Shown here: piece by piece, positions 58,001 through 64,000 of the stretch
Numbering within the stretch: position 1 is the first letter of the stretch
Layout: each line of letters begins with the position of its first letter
From: Blastocladiella emersonii ATCC 22665
Taxonomy: Eukaryota; Fungi; Blastocladiomycota
DNA: 64,000 nt
Reading direction: 5' to 3'
NCBI GenBank assembly: GCA_025594325.1
Contig: JANHCV010000016.1
Location: forward strand, 497,734-561,733
Notes under the pieces: model-generated
Database searches by the model: none
Told to the model about the DNA's origin: nothing
The model's input: only the letters and a program-made list of their open reading frames with translations
Program-made: the position numbers and the translations under genes

Positions 58001-61000
58001 TGGAACAGATCCGGCTCAGTGGCAGTGAGCACGGTGAACACAGCAGCTCCCAGCCCCAAGCGGCTGCTCCCTCCCTTTTGCACCATACAAGAAAATTGCG
58101 TTTACCTAAAGTACATGAAGGCGTGCACCGTACCTGCGTTTTGAGCCACTGTTACGCCGGATCAGATCAAGAACAGTGGGTTGTCGCTGTTTGCTGAACC
58201 TTCCTGAAGCCAGCTCAAGCCGTGTCCAGCGGGCGTATCTCAGAAATTTCACGTAGAACGTGTGCATGTCATGGCTAGCAAAGTTGCTTAGCTTGCGTAC
58301 GGCTCTAGTTTGCCGCACCTCAAACGCTGCACAACCCAAGTGTGGCGGCTCCAAGGTGACTCTGACCAAGGACCAAACTCGAACGCTGCTGCAGCCGTAT
58401 TACACACGTGCTTCTTGCCAATTGCCTGACGCTAGGTTGTAGATCTTTCAAAGATCTATCAAAGAGTATAACAAAGGTTGGGGGTGACTTGAGTCACATA
58501 AGGGAGCAATGGGCAGCAAATGTGTCTCACGCTTGAGTCGACCGCACAAGGGCGAAACGATCAGATTGGACGTGGACACCTTCAGAAACCTTTGAGTAGA
58601 CTATTCCATCTGCCGAATGCCGCTGAGAACGCGCGCATAAGTCAAAGGGTGATTCCAAATGGGCGTTGTCAACCTCATCGAGTTGTGTCCAAACCGACCC
58701 CACGAGGCCAAGAAGACCAGATTGAGCATGCTCACTTTGACCAACTATGTTCGTTCAGCTATCAGCTGCAGATTGCTGTCGAGAACACGCGCCTAGGTCA
58801 AAGGGTGATTCCAAACGGGCGTTGACGCGCAAAGTCCCTCGCCGCAACCCTCTTGCTGCGGCGAGGTCGCGCGCAACTCCACCTTGCCTGCCAACACGTC
58901 AAAGCTCAATCACCACCGTTGATCCGTCCAGCAGGCGGCGTTATGGAGTCTGTAGCAAAGAGTAACGTGCACGCAAGCAGCACCTTTGAGCAGCGCTGTA
59001 GAGGGGAAGTAAGCAAACTTTGAGCGCTCAATGCTGCCCACGAGATGGAGCGCGATCTTTCCCAGCTGTGTCTCATTGCACGCAAGGTGAGCAGCAGTGG
59101 CTCGTCAAGCAGGCAAGGAACAGGACAGAGTAGGGAAGGCGTGAGGGAGCCGATCTGAAGCTAAGCGTGTTCCGGAGCACCCTGCTGAGTCGAACGCGTG
59201 CTCAGCACGGCGCGCGTGCAGGCAGGCAGCCGCAGTAGCAAGTAGCGACAGGCGGGGGCTGCTGCTTCCACATGCAAGCGTGAGACCTGCGCGCGCGCGT
59301 GTGATAACAGCAAGGAAACCAAAGTAGCAAGGGTGGCGGCGATGGTGCGCCGCGGCAGCAGGTGCGTTCCGCGTCGGAGAGCGAGCCGCCGCTGCCCCAC
59401 CGCCCAGAACAGGCGCGGCCGCTCTGGGATTCGGGATGGGATCGAGAGCAGAGCGGAGGGAGCGCGACGCGAGGTCAACAACGACGACAAGCCGGACGAA
59501 CACCATCAAGTCACCCAACCCACCGTGTTGCTTGCTCGTGGGCCGGGTCGGCCTACGCCCGCCGCCGCACCGACCACTCGCCCGTCCAGTTTGAGCACCA
59601 TCTCGAGTTTGGCGGCAGGTCCGAGTACCTTGCTCGCTGCGCAGCGAGATCCCACAGCGAGGCAGCGAGCGAAGGCGGCTCTCACGGAGGCCAGGAGCAG
59701 CGGCGCGAGCAGCGCAGGTGGGGCGGGTGGGACCTGCGCGGGCGCGCGGAAACCAGACGACAAGCACACGCGCGCGAGCGAGCGAGCGAGCGAGCGAGAA
59801 GGGAGGCGAGTCCATTCGAGACACGACGAGAGAGCGCCGCGCCGCGCCGGTCAAAGGTTGAGGGTGGGGGTGGGTGCTGGCGGCGGGGGCCGCCAGCACA
59901 CGATTTTTCGATCATACCCTTCACTTGAGGGCAGCAGTAGCAGCGTAGGGGCGCAATGCAGCAAGACGGATCACCCAAAACCCTCAAACGCAGCTGCCGC
60001 CGCTGGATCAAGTCTAGACGGGAGGAGTCGAGTTGCCTCCGTGGCGAGAAGGGCGGCGGTCCGAGTCTGCGTTCCAGACGCCAGGATCGCATCCATTCGA
60101 GGCACAGATGCATGTTGCAGCGGGTCATATATTCCATGAGATGTCATTGCGGGTTTGGTGAAGTCTCGACTTTGGGGATGAGTGAGCGGTCGCGATCGCC
60201 GCGCGAGCAAGCGAAAACAGCTCGGGCATCAGGTGACAATTGCCTGACCGCTGCGAGACGCGTTTCGAGACGCGCTTTTGGCGCTCTGCCTCGGGAGACG
60301 GGCAGACGACGCACAACTGCCTCCCAACACCACACGCTTGATTGAGCCCATGCCGCGTTGCGCGGTGGGTGCATCACGTTCACATCGCAGAGTACGCACA
60401 CGCGCGGGGGCCCAGAAGGCACTTGGGCAAAGTTGTTTTATGTATCGTCGGGGAGTAGTGAGCCAAAGCAGTCAGGTCTCTCTAGTTCCGGGCTGGCGAG
60501 CAGGGTTCGAGTCCCTGTCGCATCTCGTCCAGTCCGCGTCATAGTATTGTAAAGGAGCCAGAGTTGCTCTGGCTGCGATGGTTCGCTACTCCAGTGGAGC
60601 AGTTGAGGCTTGGGCCGCGTACGGTGCATGTCCTGCGGCAGACACACACGTATCATGATTGGGCGCCTAGCGTAAGATCCCGTGGCCAGGTGGTCATCTT
60701 AGACTCAACCCGCAATCGTGGCGAATCCACGGGATAGAGGTGGAACAGATCCGGCTCAGTGGCAGTGAGCACGGTGAACACAGCAGCTCCCAGCCCCAAG
60801 CGGCTGCTCCCTCCCTTTTGCACCATACAAGAAAATTGCGTTTACCTAAAGTACATGAAGGCGTGCACCGTACCTGCGTTTTGAGCCACTGTTACGCCGG
60901 ATCAGATCAAGAACAGTGGGTTGTCGCTGTTTGCTGAACCTTCCTGAAGCCAGCTCAAGCCGTGTCCAGCGGGCGTATCTCAGAAATTTCACGTAGAACG

Positions 61001-64000
61001 TGTGCATGTCATGGCTAGCAAAGTTGCTTAGCTTGCGTACGGCTCTAGTTTGCCGCACCTCAAACGCTGCACAACCCAAGTGTGGCGGCTCCAAGGTGAC
61101 TCTGACCAAGGACCAAACTCGAACGCTGCTGCAGCCGTATTACACACGTGCTTCTTGCCAATTGCCTGACGCTAGGTTGTAGATCTTTCAAAGATCTATC
61201 AAAGAGTATAACAAAGGTTGGGGGTGACTTGAGTCACATAAGGGAGCAATGGGCAGCAAATGTGTCTCACGCTTGAGTCGACCGCACAAGGGCGAAACGA
61301 TCAGATTGGACGTGGACACCTTCAGAAACCTTTGAGTAGACTATTCCATCTGCCGAATGCCGCTGAGAACGCGCGCATAAGTCAAAGGGTGATTCCAAAT
61401 GGGCGTTGTCAACCTCATCGAGTTGTGTCCAAACCGACCCCACGAGGCCAAGAAGACCAGATTGAGCATGCTCACTTTGACCAACTATGTTCGTTCAGCT
61501 ATCAGCTGCAGATTGCTGTCGAGAACACGCGCCTAGGTCAAAGGGTGATTCCAAACGGGCGTTGACGCGCAAAGTCCCTCGCCGCAACCCTCTTGCTGCG
61601 GCGAGGTCGCGCGCAACTCCACCTTGCCTGCCAACACGTCAAAGCTCAATCACCACCGTTGATCCGTCCAGCAGGCGGCGTTATGGAGTCTGTAGCAAAG
61701 AGTAACGTGCACGCAAGCAGCACCTTTGAGCAGCGCTGTAGAGGGGAAGTAAGCAAACTTTGAGCGCTCAATGCTGCCCACGAGATGGAGCGCGATCTTT
61801 CCCAGCTGTGTCTCATTGCACGCAAGGTGAGCAGCAGTGGCTCGTCAAGCAGGCAAGGAACAGGACAGAGTAGGGAAGGCGTGAGGGAGCCGATCTGAAG
61901 CTAAGCGTGTTCCGGAGCACCCTGCTGAGTCGAACGCGTGCTCAGCACGGCGCGCGTGCAGGCAGGCAGCCGCAGTAGCAAGTAGCGACAGGCGGGGGCT
62001 GCTGCTTCCACATGCAAGCGTGAGACCTGCGCGCGCGCGTGTGATAACAGCAAGGAAACCAAAGTAGCAAGGGTGGCGGCGATGGTGCGCCGCGGCAGCA
62101 GGTGCGTTCCGCGTCGGAGAGCGAGCCGCCGCTGCCCCACCGCCCAGAACAGGCGCGGCCGCTCTGGGATTCGGGATGGGATCGAGAGCAGAGCGGAGGG
62201 AGCGCGACGCGAGGTCAACAACGACGACAAGCCGGACGAACACCATCAAGTCACCCAACCCACCGTGTTGCTTGCTCGTGGGCCGGGTCGGCCTACGCCC
62301 GCCGCCGCACCGACCACTCGCCCGTCCAGTTTGAGCACCATCTCGAGTTTGGCGGCAGGTCCGAGTACCTTGCTCGCTGCGCAGCGAGATCCCACAGCGA
62401 GGCAGCGAGCGAAGGCGGCTCTCACGGAGGCCAGGAGCAGCGGCGCGAGCAGCGCAGGTGGGGCGGGTGGGACCTGCGCGGGCGCGCGGAAACCAGACGA
62501 CAAGCACACGCGCGCGAGCGAGCGAGCGAGCGAGCGAGAAGGGAGGCGAGTCCATTCGAGACACGACGAGAGAGCGCCGCGCCGCGCCGGTCAAAGGTTG
62601 AGGGTGGGGGTGGGTGCTGGCGGCGGGGGCCGCCAGCACACGATTTTTCGATCATACCCTTCACTTGAGGGCAGCAGTAGCAGCGTAGGGGCGCAATGCA
62701 GCAAGACGGATCACCCAAAACCCTCAAACGCAGCTGCCGCCGCTGGATCAAGTCTAGACGGGAGGAGTCGAGTTGCCTCCGTGGCGAGAAGGGCGGCGGT
62801 CCGAGTCTGCGTTCCAGACGCCAGGATCGCATCCATTCGAGGCACAGATGCATGTTGCAGCGGGTCATATATTCCATGAGATGTCATTGCGGGTTTGGTG
62901 AAGTCTCGACTTTGGGGATGAGTGAGCGGTCGCGATCGCCGCGCGAGCAAGCGAAAACAGCTCGGGCATCAGGTGACAATTGCCTGACCGCTGCGAGACG
63001 CGTTTCGAGACGCGCTTTTGGCGCTCTGCCTCGGGAGACGGGCAGACGACGCACAACTGCCTCCCAACACCACACGCTTGATTGAGCCCATGCCGCGTTG
63101 CGCGGTGGGTGCATCACGTTCACATCGCAGAGTACGCACACGCGCGGGGGCCCAGAAGGCACTTGGGCAAAGTTGTTTTATGTATCGTCGGGGAGTAGTG
63201 AGCCAAAGCAGTCAGGTCTCTCTAGTTCCGGGCTGGCGAGCAGGGTTCGAGTCCCTGTCGCATCTCGTCCAGTCCGCGTCATAGTATTGTAAAGGAGCCA
63301 GAGTTGCTCTGGCTGCGATGGTTCGCTACTCCAGTGGAGCAGTTGAGGCTTGGGCCGCGTACGGTGCATGTCCTGCGGCAGACACACACGTATCATGATT
63401 GGGCGCCTAGCGTAAGATCCCGTGGCCAGGTGGTCATCTTAGACTCAACCCGCAATCGTGGCGAATCCACGGGATAGAGGTGGAACAGATCCGGCTCAGT
63501 GGCAGTGAGCACGGTGAACACAGCAGCTCCCAGCCCCAAGCGGCTGCTCCCTCCCTTTTGCACCATACAAGAAAATTGCGTTTACCTAAAGTACATGAAG
63601 GCGTGCACCGTACCTGCGTTTTGAGCCACTGTTACGCCGGATCAGATCAAGAACAGTGGGTTGTCGCTGTTTGCTGAACCTTCCTGAAGCCAGCTCAAGC
63701 CGTGTCCAGCGGGCGTATCTCAGAAATTTCACGTAGAACGTGTGCATGTCATGGCTAGCAAAGTTGCTTAGCTTGCGTACGGCTCTAGTTTGCCGCACCT
63801 CAAACGCTGCACAACCCAAGTGTGGCGGCTCCAAGGTGACTCTGACCAAGGACCAAACTCGAACGCTGCTGCAGCCGTATTACACACGTGCTTCTTGCCA
63901 ATTGCCTGACGCTAGGTTGTAGATCTTTCAAAGATCTATCAAAGAGTATAACAAAGGTTGGGGGTGACTTGAGTCACATAAGGGAGCAATGGGCAGCAAA

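Larger units (their letters stand above)
52818..64000. repeat. Tandem array of a 2,740-bp unit (about 4.1 copies visible, running off the window end)
   Basis: Identical ORFs recur at exactly +2740 in the ORF track (for example 53040/55780/58520/61260). The sequence starting TACGGCTCTAG recurs at 52818, 55558, 58298, 61038 and 63778. No differences between copies were seen by eye. Confidence 0.97.

Noticed and set aside
52818-64000. ORFs of 60-268 aa inside the 2,740-bp unit
   Set aside because: They overlap on both strands, lack the genome's coding bias and have no domain motifs. They recur only because the unit repeats.

Overview
This is eukaryotic genomic DNA: very GC-rich and gene-dense, with short (~55-80 nt) GT-AG introns whose donors are mostly GTACGY/GTGCGY. 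The gene set is fungal, most consistent with an early-diverging zoosporic fungus such as Allomyces/Blastocladiomycota (inferred, not verified). Positions 1-52.5 kb hold about 23 protein genes. The recognisable ones are TFIIIC tau138/Tfc3, COG6, PRS1, mitoribosomal mL60/MRPL31, an Mtc4-like protein, ASH2/BRE2, queuosine salvage QNG1, a plant-type FAAH amidase, MIC60, TSR2, RPF1, COQ9, MUTYH, TatD, a long-chain acyl-CoA synthetase and a P5-type ATPase; several others are orphans. Two things stand out. (1) At about 28.4-31.4 kb (minus strand), four ORF fragments splice in frame through three canonical introns into a P-element/THAP9-superfamily DDE transposase. It keeps all catalytic motifs, but I found no terminal inverted repeats, so it is a candidate domesticated transposase or a fungal P element. 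(2) From 52,818 to the window end is a tandem array of an apparently non-coding 2,740-bp unit (about 4.1 copies in view, apparently identical). Each unit carries a dense TCAAAG/CTTTGA cluster, several perfect hairpins, a G4-prone tract and a perfect tRNA T-arm/B-box. All calls were made by eye, with no database searches.
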